Positions 8,493-17,619 of a stretch of DNA of 64,000 bases are shown here, piece after piece (position 1 is the first letter of the stretch; each line of letters starts with the position of its first letter). The DNA is from Candidatus Dormiibacterota bacterium (GTDB taxonomy: Bacteria > Chloroflexota > Dormibacteria > Dormibacterales > Dormibacteraceae): positions 357-64,356 of the forward strand of contig DATARC010000170.1 in NCBI GenBank assembly GCA_036264335.1, in the 5' to 3' direction. Below the pieces are notes generated by a model. That model ran no database searches. It was not told the origin of the DNA and saw only the letters and a list, made by a program, of their open reading frames with translations. The position numbers and the translations under genes are program-made.

Positions 8493-9307
8493 TGGGGACT
8501 TTGCTTTTGGTGCACGCGCACCCGGACGACGAGGCGATATCCACCGGCGGCGTGATGATGAAGGCGAGGGCGGACGGCCACCGGGTCGTGCTGGTCACCG
8601 CCACGCGCGGCGAGGTGGGCGAGATCTACAACATGGACGACGCTGCGACTCGCCCGCACCTGGGCGAGGTCCGCGCCAAGGAGCTCGAGAACGCTTCGCG
8701 GATCCTCGGCGTCAACCGCGGCGAGTTCCTCAACTACCGGGACTCGGGCATGGTCGGCACTGCCGACAACGAGAACCCGAAGTCCTTTCACCAGGCGCCG
8801 CTCGATGAGGCTGCAGGCCGGCTGGCGGCGATCCTGCGTGAGGAGCGGCCCGACGTCGTCGTGACGTACGACGCGGACGGGACCTATGGCCATCCCGACC
8901 ACATCAAAGCGCACCTCACCACCAACGCGGCGCTCGACCTCCTGGAGAAGGAAGGCTGGCGGCCGTCCAAGCTGTACTACACAGGCATCCCTCGCACGCT
9001 GATGCGGCAGTTCATGGAAGCGCTGCCCGAGGACGCCCGGCGCCAGGAGCAGGAAGGCACCATCCAGATCCCGGGGACGCCAGACGAGCTGATCACGACG
9101 CAGGTCGACGTCAGCGACTATGTCGACCGCAAGCGCGAGGCGTTTGGGGCTCACGTGACGCAGAACGACCCCAACTCGTGGTTCACGACGATGGCGGACC
9201 AGATCTACCGGCTGGCGTTCGGCACCGAGTACTACCGGCTGGCGCGCGGCAAGCTCGGTTCCAAGGTGCCGGAGAGTGACCTGTTCGCGGGTGTGCCGGA
9301 CAAGTAA
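8492..9307 (+). CDS. PIG-L/LmbE-family N-acetylglucosaminyl deacetylase (MshB/Mca-like)
   Basis: VHAHPDDE and GHPDH zinc motifs. ATG 8492 shares one nt with the upstream TGA. The upstream part of track ORF 8201..9307 was rejected. Confidence 0.8.
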   Translation: MGTLLLVHAHPDDEAISTGGVMMKARADGHRVVLVTATRGEVGEIYNMDDAATRPHLGEVRAKELENASRILGVNRGEFLNYRDSGMVGTADNENPKSFHQAPLDEAAGRLAAILREERPDVVVTYDADGTYGHPDHIKAHLTTNAALDLLEKEGWRPSKLYYTGIPRTLMRQFMEALPEDARRQEQEGTIQIPGTPDELITTQVDVSDYVDRKREAFGAHVTQNDPNSWFTTMADQIYRLAFGTEYYRLARGKLGSKVPESDLFAGVPDK

Positions 9308-9342
9308 GGCCGCTGATCCCCTCCGCGTAAACTCGGAATCAG

Positions 9343-10212
9343 ATGGAAGTCCTGAAGATCACCCCGCGCGGGTACTGCCACGGCGTGGTCGACGCTTTCC
9401 GCATCGCCAAGCGCGTGCGCGAGGAGACCACGGGGCCGGTGCACATGCTCGGGATGCTGGTCCACAACACCCACGCCACCGATGACCTGCAGCGGCAGGG
9501 GGTGGAGCTCGTGGACCAGAACGACCGCCTGGCCGGCCTGAGCCAGATCAAGGGCGGCACGGTGATCTTCACCGCCCACGGCGTCTCGCCCCAGGTCAAG
9601 CAGCGGGCGGTCGAGCTCGGCCTGACCCCCATCGACGCGACGTGCTCGGACGTCGTCCGCACTCACGAGCTCGTGGCCGACCTGGCCCGCAAGGGTTACG
9701 AGGTCGTCTACATCGGCCGCAAAGGGCACCCCGAGCCGGAAGGCGTGATGGGGGAGGCCCCGGGCAAGGTGCACCTCGTGCAGGACCCCGAGGACATCGA
9801 CGCCCTCGAGCTGAAAGGGGACCGGATCGCAGTCACCTGCCAGACGACGCTGTCGGTATGGGACACCGAGGATCTGATCGGCCGCGTCCAGACCCGTTAC
9901 CCGAAGGCAGAGGTGCACAACGAGATCTGCCGCGCGACGCAGGAGCGCCAGGAGGCCGCGGTCGAGGCGGCGCCGCTGGTCGACCTGGTGATCGTCGTCG
10001 GCAGCCCGCGTTCATCGAACTCTCTGCGGTTGGTGGAGGTCGTCAAGAAGCTCGGTCACAAGCCCGCCTACCTGGTCGACAACCTCGAGGACCTGGACCT
10101 GGCCTGGTTCAAAGGCGCCAAGAAGGTTGGAGTCACGAGCGGAGCGTCGACTCCGAGCCAGCTCACGCGCCGAGTCATCGAGTACCTGGAGGCGCTGGAA
10201 GTTCCAGCCTGA
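9343..10212 (+). CDS. ispH: 4-hydroxy-3-methylbut-2-enyl diphosphate reductase
   Basis: Three cluster cysteines in GYCHGV, ATCSDV and ICRATQERQ. VVGSPRSSNS motif. Confidence 0.9.
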   Translation: MEVLKITPRGYCHGVVDAFRIAKRVREETTGPVHMLGMLVHNTHATDDLQRQGVELVDQNDRLAGLSQIKGGTVIFTAHGVSPQVKQRAVELGLTPIDATCSDVVRTHELVADLARKGYEVVYIGRKGHPEPEGVMGEAPGKVHLVQDPEDIDALELKGDRIAVTCQTTLSVWDTEDLIGRVQTRYPKAEVHNEICRATQERQEAAVEAAPLVDLVIVVGSPRSSNSLRLVEVVKKLGHKPAYLVDNLEDLDLAWFKGAKKVGVTSGASTPSQLTRRVIEYLEALEVPA

Positions 10213-10225
10213 GCCCGGGTCGGGA

Positions 10226-11062
10226 CTAGGGCCTTCGCAGCCGCCGGATAGCGCGGGTCAAAGGGTTCGCCGAGCTTGCGCCCGCGGGTGCCAGCGCAGG
10301 CGAGGACGTGGCCGCAGCAATGGCCGCCTTGGGTGGCGGCGCTTCCGCGCCGCTTATCCCGGCGTCGCCGTTTCGCGCTTGCGCTGAGCCCGGGGACCGG
10401 CGGCGCCGCCGGCGTCTTGGCGCGCCGGCCGGGCGTTCGGTCGTAGACGCCGGAGAAGCCGAGGCAGCTTCGACCGCGGCCGGGGCAGCGGGCTTGGGTT
10501 CCGCCTGGCTCTTGGCACCGTCTCCGCCGGCTGGCCGGCGGCGCCGGCGGCTGCGACGGGGCACCGCCGAGGTGGCCGAGGCGGCCTGCGCTGCAGCTGC
10601 GACAACCGGCTCCTCGGCGCGGATGGCGGCTTTGCCGGCGTTCCTCAGCACGCTCGCTCCGACCTCGCCTTCGGCGCACAGGGCGCCGGCCGCGGTGTGG
10701 ACGTCAACGCGCCAGACCACGATCGCCGTCGGATCGTCCCCGACTGGGGCGCGCTTCTGGGTCAGCGTCCACCGGGCGTAGATCGTGTCCCCGGCGCGGA
10801 CCGCCCGAGCGAACTTCCAGTTGAGCCACTCCCAATCGGCGATGGCGGGCACCGGCATGTCCATCGAGCCCAGGCCGACGGCCATCGCCACGATGAGAGC
10901 AGGCGGTGCGACGCGGCCTCCGCGATGGGTGGCGTCGATCGTCAGCGGGGAGAAGTCGCCGGCTACGGCGGCGAACAGCGCGATCTCAGATTCGGAGATG
11001 GTGCGCCGCCGGGTCGTCCACTCACCGCCGAGTGGGAGGTCGTCGAATGAGATCGGCTCCAG
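10226..11062 (-). CDS. MaoC-like (R)-hydratase hot-dog protein with a roughly 135-aa Arg/Ala/Pro-rich C-terminal tail; start uncertain
   Basis: Track ORF 10226..10891, plus an in-frame upstream hot-dog N-terminus (FDDLPLGGEW...AGDFSPLTID..H) that is open back to stop 11096-11098 with no ATG/GTG/TTG. CTG 11062 is tentative. Confidence 0.65.
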   Translation of the reverse strand: MEPISFDDLPLGGEWTTRRRTISESEIALFAAVAGDFSPLTIDATHRGGRVAPPALIVAMAVGLGSMDMPVPAIADWEWLNWKFARAVRAGDTIYARWTLTQKRAPVGDDPTAIVVWRVDVHTAAGALCAEGEVGASVLRNAGKAAIRAEEPVVAAAAQAASATSAVPRRSRRRRRPAGGDGAKSQAEPKPAAPAAVEAASASPASTTERPAGAPRRRRRRRSPGSAQARNGDAGISGAEAPPPKAAIAAATSSPALAPAGASSANPLTRAIRRLRRP

Positions 11063-11137
11063 GTCGGGCCGAGTATAGCCCGAACAACCCTCGGGTCACG
11101 GGCGTTAACCTATGGCAACTCAAAAAAGGGAGGCTCC

Positions 11138-12274
11138 GTGCCCGATATAGCGAGCGTTCTGCTCGTGACCTCAATCCTGCTCGTCGTCGCGTTCGTCCTG
11201 TTGACGGTGTCTTTGATGCGCCTTCGCAGGGCGACCCGACAGCTTCAGGCCGCCCTGTCGGACGAGAGCGGCGCCCGAGATCGAGCCGGCCTCCTGCTCG
11301 CCATCGCCTCGGCCGTCAACTCGTCGCTGGCGCTCGAGGAGGTGCTGAACGTGGCCCTCACCCACGCCGGCCGGATCATGGGCGCGGTCGCCGGGGCCAT
11401 GTACTTGATGACGCCGGGCACCAACGAGATGCGCCGGGAAGCCGAATACAACCTGGCCACCAGGGCGAAAGGTGCAGTGAGGCATCTCGAAGAAGAGCCG
11501 TTGCGCACAGCGCTGACCGCCATGCGCCCCCAGGTGCTGAAGCTCGCCGACGAGGCGTCGCCAGGCCTCGAGGCAGGTGGTCACCCGCAGCACGTCCTGG
11601 TCGTCCCCATGCAGCGATCGGGTCAGCTGATGGGCGCGATGGAGCTCTACCTCAATGCATGGCGTGAGCTGACCGACGACCAGGCCGACCTGCTCAACGG
11701 TGTCGCCTCGCAAGGGGCAATCGCCATCCGCCACGCGCAGCTGTTCCAGGCGCAGGAGGAGAACGCCCTCACGGACGAGCTGACGAAGTTACCTAACCGT
11801 CGCGCCCTGGCCCAGAGCTACCTGCAGGAGATGCACAGGGCGCGCCGATATCACAAGAGCATCGCGTTCTTGATGATCGACATCGACCACTTCAAGCAGG
11901 TCAACGACACGTATGGGCACCTGCAGGGCGACGCGGTTCTGCACGAGCTGGCCAGGATCCTCACCTCGGGGGCGCGCGAATCGGACGTTTGCGCGCGCTA
12001 CGGCGGTGAGGAGTTCGGCATCATCCTCCACGAGACGACTGAGCAGGGTGCCCGCACGCTGGCGGAGCGCATTCGGGCCAAGGTCGCCGCTGCCACATTC
12101 CCTGGTGGGTTGAAGTTGACGATCAGCATCGGCGTTGCGGCGACCGCCGAGCCCACTTTGTTCACCACGCTGATGGAGCACGCTGACCAGGCGCTGTATG
12201 CGGCCAAGCAAGGCGGGCGCAATCAGGTTCGCGTCGCCGACATGAAGACGGCAACTGCGAAGGAGCACGCATAG
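11138..12274 (+). CDS. Membrane-anchored GAF-GGDEF diguanylate cyclase
   Basis: N-terminal TM helix, GAF-like middle region, GGEEF active site with an RESD (RxxD) I-site 5 residues upstream. Strong SD GGGAGG at 11128-11133 before GTG 11138. Confidence 0.85.
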   Translation: MPDIASVLLVTSILLVVAFVLLTVSLMRLRRATRQLQAALSDESGARDRAGLLLAIASAVNSSLALEEVLNVALTHAGRIMGAVAGAMYLMTPGTNEMRREAEYNLATRAKGAVRHLEEEPLRTALTAMRPQVLKLADEASPGLEAGGHPQHVLVVPMQRSGQLMGAMELYLNAWRELTDDQADLLNGVASQGAIAIRHAQLFQAQEENALTDELTKLPNRRALAQSYLQEMHRARRYHKSIAFLMIDIDHFKQVNDTYGHLQGDAVLHELARILTSGARESDVCARYGGEEFGIILHETTEQGARTLAERIRAKVAAATFPGGLKLTISIGVAATAEPTLFTTLMEHADQALYAAKQGGRNQVRVADMKTATAKEHA

Positions 12275-12315
12275 CCGCGCTGCCGGCGCTCTAGCTCGTC
12301 ACTAGAGTTGGTGGC

Positions 12316-12876
12316 GTGAACCATTACTGCGTCAACTGCGGCGCCCCGTTGGTCGCCCGCACGGTCGAAGGCAGGGAGGTGGAGGGCTGCCCAAACGACG
12401 ACTTCGTGCTGTGGCATGACCCCAAGGTCACGACGGCGGTGGTGGTCGAGGTCGACGGCGGCATCCTTCTCGGACGCCGTGCCATCGAGCCGGGTCTTGG
12501 CCTCTGGTGCCTTCCTGGTGGATTTGTCAACGACGACGAGGATCCATGGGACGCGGCGGCTCGCGAATGCAGGGAGGAGATCTGCGCGCCGGTGGAGATG
12601 ACCAGGCTTATCTGCGTCTACCACATCCCCAAGCGAACGGCTCCGAGCATGGTTGGGATTGCTTACCAGGCGAGACTTGGCGCCGGTGCCCGGCCGTCGC
12701 CCGGACAGGAGATGCTCGAGGTGGGGGTGTTTGCGCTCGATTCGCTGCCACCATTTGCTTTCCCGAGCCACACCAAGGTGGTGGGCGAATATGTCGCACG
12801 CATCAGCCCGGCGACAAAAAGGGCGCTACGTCCCCGGCGCGGGCGGAGGCAGGGGGATCTCGGAGCGGGGGCGTAA
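12316..12876 (+). CDS. NUDIX hydrolase with N-terminal zinc ribbon
   Basis: CVNCG...C at the N-terminus. Nudix box GFVNDDEDPWDAAARECREE. Confidence 0.8.
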   Translation: MNHYCVNCGAPLVARTVEGREVEGCPNDDFVLWHDPKVTTAVVVEVDGGILLGRRAIEPGLGLWCLPGGFVNDDEDPWDAAARECREEICAPVEMTRLICVYHIPKRTAPSMVGIAYQARLGAGARPSPGQEMLEVGVFALDSLPPFAFPSHTKVVGEYVARISPATKRALRPRRGRRQGDLGAGA

Positions 12877-14046
12877 GGGCTCGGCGTGGAATGCGGCCAT
12901 CACCAGCGCCAGCACAATCGACGCCCCTGCGCAGGCGGTAAACCCCGCGGCATAGCCGTAGGCCTGCACGATAGGCCCGAACGCCAGAGGGCCGGCGGCC
13001 AGGCCCAGGAACAGCACGGTCCCGTATGCGCCCATCGTCACTCCCCGAGTGGATCCTGAAGACAGGTCGCCGAAGACGGTGCCGATGGCCACGTAAACGG
13101 TGGCCATGAACGGTGTCGCCACGACCAGCAGGGCAACTGGCGCCCAGAAGCCGCCCAGATGTCCGAGCACGATGGCTGCGGCCGACCACACCATCACGCC
13201 GACGAACACGATCGGCCATCGATGCTTTGCCCTGTCGACGAGGCGGCCGCCCGGGATGCGGGCGAGACCGTTGGCGACAGCCTGAATCGCCAGCAACAGG
13301 CCGACCTGGGAGTTCCGCAGGCCGAGGCCCTCCTTGCCAAAGATCGGAAGGAATGCGCTGACCGTCCCATACGCCAGCGTGGCGGCCACCAGGCCGATGA
13401 CCACAGGTCCAAACGACGGCTGGGACAACAAGCCGCGAAGGGGTTTCATCAAAGCGAGCTTTGCGCCTGACTGGGGCGCGGTGCTGGCCGCCATCGATCC
13501 GGGAATCGCGAACAGCAGGACCGCCGTGGTCACGGCGATGTCGGTGCGCAGGTCGAGCCACTGCAGCAAGAGGCCCGCGATCGACGGCCCTATGAAGAAG
13601 CCGGCCTGCATCGAGAAGGTGAGCCAGCCCATCGCCCTTCCGAGGCGACCACTCGGCACCAGCGCCGTGACGGCGCTGAAGAGAGCTGCCTGCTGGGCGC
13701 CGGCTCCCAGCCCGCCCACGATCTGCCACACGAACAAAGGCGCCACGGTCGTGGCCTCGGCCATGGCCAGCTGAGAGCCGGCCGCGATGACCAGGGAGAT
13801 GACCAGCAGGGTCCTGGTGCCGAAGCGATCGATGAGCACTCCGGCCGGCATCGACAGCAGGGCGGCAGCGAGGGTGGAGACGGAGAACAGCGCGCCGACC
13901 TCAAAACGATCGGCTCCCAGCTGATGCGCGTAGAGCGGAACTGTGAGTCCGCGGGCGGACAACGCTGCGAAGGAAGCGCCCGCGGCGAGATAGATCGCGA
14001 GGGTTCGCCGCGAATCCGGGACACCCACGCGCACGCTCCCTAACAT
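12826..14046 (-). CDS. MFS transporter
   Basis: ORF 12826..14046. About 12 TM helices and an MFS loop motif (DRFGTR). Confidence 0.8.
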   Translation of the reverse strand: MLGSVRVGVPDSRRTLAIYLAAGASFAALSARGLTVPLYAHQLGADRFEVGALFSVSTLAAALLSMPAGVLIDRFGTRTLLVISLVIAAGSQLAMAEATTVAPLFVWQIVGGLGAGAQQAALFSAVTALVPSGRLGRAMGWLTFSMQAGFFIGPSIAGLLLQWLDLRTDIAVTTAVLLFAIPGSMAASTAPQSGAKLALMKPLRGLLSQPSFGPVVIGLVAATLAYGTVSAFLPIFGKEGLGLRNSQVGLLLAIQAVANGLARIPGGRLVDRAKHRWPIVFVGVMVWSAAAIVLGHLGGFWAPVALLVVATPFMATVYVAIGTVFGDLSSGSTRGVTMGAYGTVLFLGLAAGPLAFGPIVQAYGYAAGFTACAGASIVLALVMAAFHAEPLRPRSEIPLPPPAPGT

Positions 14047-14054
14047 AGCGGCGC

Positions 14055-16034
14055 ATGATCCGCGAGCGTGTGGGCGACTGGCGCCTGGCGTGGCGCTTCG
14101 CGCTCGCGGGGCTCCTCGCCGCCGCGCTCGTCGTGATCCTTGCTTCGAGCGGTGCGATGAACGGCCCGTTCGCCGCGGCGCAGGACCAGCTCTTTCCTGC
14201 GCCGAAGCCCGATCAGAGCGTGACGTTCATCGCGCTGGACCAGGGGTCACTGGCCGGTGTCGGCCAGACGATCAGCAACGCGGATCACGCGCGGGTCATC
14301 AACTACCTGGCGAGCCTCCACCCAAAGGTGATCCTTCTCGATCTGCCCCTGAACCTTTCGTCGGGCGACGACCCGGAGCAGCTGCCAAAGCACGTCAGCC
14401 TCGATACCCCGCTCGTCAATGCGATCCGGGCCGCCGGGAACGTGGTGCTGGTATGCACCGGCGACGTCGCGCCGCTGCCGATTTTCTCCAGGGTGGCTGC
14501 AGCCGTCGGTGACCGCGGGCTGGCGATCCCCGACGACGCCAACAACGTGCGTGGCGTTGTGCTGCGCCCGGATCCAACCGCGACATGCACCGACAACGAG
14601 GCGGACGAGCCCGCGTTCCTGCAGGCGCTGCGAATCGCCACGAGCATCAGCGACCCCCTGGTGACAAACGCAAGCGGTACGCAAGCGACGTTCGGACCGC
14701 ACCAGATCCCTCTGGTGGGCAACCAGATGCTCATCAACTTCACGAGAGGCGGCGGACCGAGCTGTCTTTACGGAGACGCTCAGAAGGCCAGCTGCCCACA
14801 CCCTGAGCAGATCACCGGCCACATCGTGATCGTCGGCTCAAAGCTCATCGACGGCGGCGATGTGTACTCCCAAGCCGTCGGGTTCACGCATGACACCACT
14901 TTTTGCCCAGACAGCAGGCAGCGGTGCATGCTCGACAACCAGAACTACGGCTACCGAATCATGGGCGACGCGATGACCACGATCCTGTCCGACCGCTACG
15001 TCCGCGTCCAGCCCACGAGCTCGATCCTCCTGGCCATCGTCGCCCTCTCCCTGCTGGTGGCGGGGATTGTTTACATCCTCTCGTTCCGCATCGCGGTCAT
15101 CTTCACGGCGGCGCTGCTGGTCGCCTACTTCGCCGGAATCTTCCTGCTGGGCAAGTCGGGGTACCTGGCCGACCCGCTCTATGCGCCCATCGCCATCGTG
15201 CTTTCGGCCGGGTTCTCGATGGCGGCGCGGTACGTGCTCGAAGATCGCGAGCGGCGCAAGGTCGAGCGGATCTTCGGCCACTACGTCGACCCGCGTATCG
15301 TCAGGCAGCTTGCCGCGACGCACTCGGTGGACGAGATCATCTCCAGGGGTGAGCGTCGCGACCTCACCCTGTTGTTCGTTGACATCAGGGGCTTCACCGC
15401 GATGTCCGAGGCGATGGCCGCCGAGGATGTGCTGTCGGTCATCCAGCACTACCTCGACGACATCAGTGGGCTCATTCTCAAGTGGGACGGGACCATCGAC
15501 AAGTACGTCGGCGACGAGGTGGTCGCGCTGTGGAATGCTCCAGTCCACCAACCCGAGCATGCGTTGCTGGCGCTGCGCTGTGCGTACGACCTGATCGCCC
15601 AGGCTCCGGCGCTGCACGCGAAGCTGGTGGAGCACGGCCTGCCGCCCGTAAGCTGGGGCATTGGAATCAATACCGGCCCCGCGGTGGTGGGAAACATGGG
15701 CAGCAAGGACCGGCTCCAGTACACGGCGCTCGGGGACACCGTCAACACGGCGGCGCGCTTCTGCAGCGCGGCTCCTGCATTCAACGTCCTCGTCGGCTGG
15801 CCCACGTACGAGGCCTGCGCCCAGTACATCGCAGTGGACGAGATGCCAGGCCTTCAGCTCAAAGGAAAGTCCGCCGAAAAGTTCCGCGTCATGAGGGTGA
15901 CCGCCATCCGCGAGCACCCCGGGGCGCCGTGGGTCCAGATCCCCACCGACGCAGCCCTCGAGTCCTACGAGACGTTCAAGAACCAGTACAGCCAGCAAGC
16001 GGTGTTCGCGACGGCCCAAGAAGCAGGGTCATGA
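14055..16034 (+). CDS. CHASE2-sensor class III adenylate/guanylate cyclase
   Basis: N-terminal TM helix, periplasmic CHASE2-like region, 3 TM helices, then a cyclase domain (FVDIRGFT, DKYVGDE, GDTVNTAAR). Confidence 0.85.
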   Translation: MIRERVGDWRLAWRFALAGLLAAALVVILASSGAMNGPFAAAQDQLFPAPKPDQSVTFIALDQGSLAGVGQTISNADHARVINYLASLHPKVILLDLPLNLSSGDDPEQLPKHVSLDTPLVNAIRAAGNVVLVCTGDVAPLPIFSRVAAAVGDRGLAIPDDANNVRGVVLRPDPTATCTDNEADEPAFLQALRIATSISDPLVTNASGTQATFGPHQIPLVGNQMLINFTRGGGPSCLYGDAQKASCPHPEQITGHIVIVGSKLIDGGDVYSQAVGFTHDTTFCPDSRQRCMLDNQNYGYRIMGDAMTTILSDRYVRVQPTSSILLAIVALSLLVAGIVYILSFRIAVIFTAALLVAYFAGIFLLGKSGYLADPLYAPIAIVLSAGFSMAARYVLEDRERRKVERIFGHYVDPRIVRQLAATHSVDEIISRGERRDLTLLFVDIRGFTAMSEAMAAEDVLSVIQHYLDDISGLILKWDGTIDKYVGDEVVALWNAPVHQPEHALLALRCAYDLIAQAPALHAKLVEHGLPPVSWGIGINTGPAVVGNMGSKDRLQYTALGDTVNTAARFCSAAPAFNVLVGWPTYEACAQYIAVDEMPGLQLKGKSAEKFRVMRVTAIREHPGAPWVQIPTDAALESYETFKNQYSQQAVFATAQEAGS

Positions 16035-16774
16035 CCGTCGAGCGCGCGGCCGAGCTGCTTTCGGCGGCGCACAAGGGCGTGGCGTTTACGGGGGCAGGGG
16101 TTTCGGCGGAAAGCGGGATCCCGACCTTCCGCGGCGCCGGCGGGCTGTGGACGAAGTACGACCCGGTGAAGGTGAGTTCCATCGACTCCTTCATGCAGGA
16201 TCCGACAGCCTACTGGATGGTGTCGAAGGAGCGTGGAGGGATCACGCTCGCGGCTCGTCCGAACCCCGGCCACATCGCGCTCGCGGCGCTCGAGGCCGCC
16301 GGCAAGCTCGAGGCGATAGTGACGCAGAACACCGACGGCCTTCACCAGGCCTCCGGCAGCCGCCGGGTGGTTGAGATTCACGGGTCCAGCCGCACGGTGC
16401 AGTGCCTCGATTGCGGGATTCGCGAGTCACGTGCTGTCGTTCAGGCCCGGTTGGCTGTGCAGATGCCGCCTCAATGCAAAGCGTGCGGTGGCACGCACCT
16501 GAAGCCGACGGTTGTGCTCTTCGGCGAGCCGATGCCGGTGGCAGCGATGCATGAGGCGCTTGCCCTGGCTCAGAACGCCGACGTCATGCTGGTCGTCGGC
16601 TCTTCGCTGGTGGTGCGGCCTGCCGCGGACATCCCGTTGGCCGCCGTCCGCGCTGGGGCGAAGCTGATCATCATCAACGCGGAGCGGACGCCCCTCGATT
16701 CGGCGGCGGAGGTGGTGCTGACCGGCCGCGCGGGTGAAGTGCTGCCGCAGATCCTCAACTTGGTAGATGCGTGA
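16031..16774 (+). CDS. cobB: NAD-dependent protein deacylase (Sir2/CobB family)
   Basis: GAGVSAESGIPTFRG, QNTDGLH, HG, and CLDCG...CKACGG zinc site. ATG 16031 overlaps the cyclase stop (ATGA). Confidence 0.85.
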   Translation: MTVERAAELLSAAHKGVAFTGAGVSAESGIPTFRGAGGLWTKYDPVKVSSIDSFMQDPTAYWMVSKERGGITLAARPNPGHIALAALEAAGKLEAIVTQNTDGLHQASGSRRVVEIHGSSRTVQCLDCGIRESRAVVQARLAVQMPPQCKACGGTHLKPTVVLFGEPMPVAAMHEALALAQNADVMLVVGSSLVVRPAADIPLAAVRAGAKLIIINAERTPLDSAAEVVLTGRAGEVLPQILNLVDA

Positions 16775-17378
16775 CGCTCCCGGCGCTCACGGTCGCGCCG
16801 TCCACGATGAGCTCGCCCTGCTGATTGATATCACGGGCGATGCCTTCGAAAGACCGATCGGGCAGCTGTACACGCACCCTCCTACCGAGCGTGTCAGACA
16901 GCTCACGCCATCGGGCCAACACATCAAGCGGAGCCGCTGAGCTCCACCTCTCGACGGCGGGGCTGAGCCTGGCCAGAAGCTCATCTCGAGGCTGATTCAG
17001 AGTGGCGCCGCCTTGGGGTGCCCATGTGAGGTTGACGCCGATCCCGCAGACCGCCTTGACCGGCGTCGCCTCCACCAGGATGCCGCCAACCTTGCGGCCG
17101 CCAAGCAGCAGGTCGTTGGGCCACTTCAGCCGCACGCTCTGGTCGCAGGCTTCGGCCGCGGCCACGCCCGCCGCAAGGCTCAGCAGCGGGTTGGGCGTCA
17201 GGACGAAGGAGACGAGCAGCGCCGTTCCCGGTGGCGCCTCCCATCGATGGTCGAGCCTGCCCCGGCCGGCAGTCTGGTGGTCGGCGACCACCACCGCCCC
17301 GATCGGCAGGTCGCGCGCGACGTCCTGGGTCGACGCCACCGATACGAGATGGATGAGTCTCGAGTCGTCACCGGGCAC
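16755..17378 (-). CDS. birA: Biotin-[acetyl-CoA-carboxylase] ligase (class I, no HTH)
   Basis: GRGRLDHRW and KWPNDL motifs. Confidence 0.85.
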   Translation of the reverse strand: MPGDDSRLIHLVSVASTQDVARDLPIGAVVVADHQTAGRGRLDHRWEAPPGTALLVSFVLTPNPLLSLAAGVAAAEACDQSVRLKWPNDLLLGGRKVGGILVEATPVKAVCGIGVNLTWAPQGGATLNQPRDELLARLSPAVERWSSAAPLDVLARWRELSDTLGRRVRVQLPDRSFEGIARDINQQGELIVDGATVSAGSVTHLPS

Positions 17379-17421
17379 GCCCCGACCCTACCCTACGGGG
17401 CGCCGCTAAGCTGGTGAGGCG

Positions 17422-17607
17422 ATGAAGCTCCACCGCGCCGTCACGCTGGTGGCCATGATGTTGCTGGCGGTCGCCGCGCTCGGGCTGCTGCTGGTCAGCG
17501 GGATCGCGAATTTCGACAGCCATTCGCTCATCGCGCTCGTCGTCGTCGTGGTCGCTGCCGCGGCCGGCGGCATCGGATTCAGCTGGAACCGCTACTACAA
17601 GCGCTGA
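17422..17607 (+). CDS. Small two-helix membrane protein, unknown function
   Basis: ORF 17422..17607, hydrophobic, with a weak SD upstream. Confidence 0.4.
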   Translation: MKLHRAVTLVAMMLLAVAALGLLLVSGIANFDSHSLIALVVVVVAAAAGGIGFSWNRYYKR

Positions 17608-17619
17608 GGGCTGAAGACG

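Noticed and set aside
16031-16774. The Sir2-domain protein considered as a defence-system (Thoeris/DSR-like) component.
   Set aside because: It is a compact CobB-type sirtuin with an intact Cys4 zinc site. It has no fused sensor or effector domains and no ThsB/TIR-like neighbour. Its context is housekeeping (birA, cyclase).
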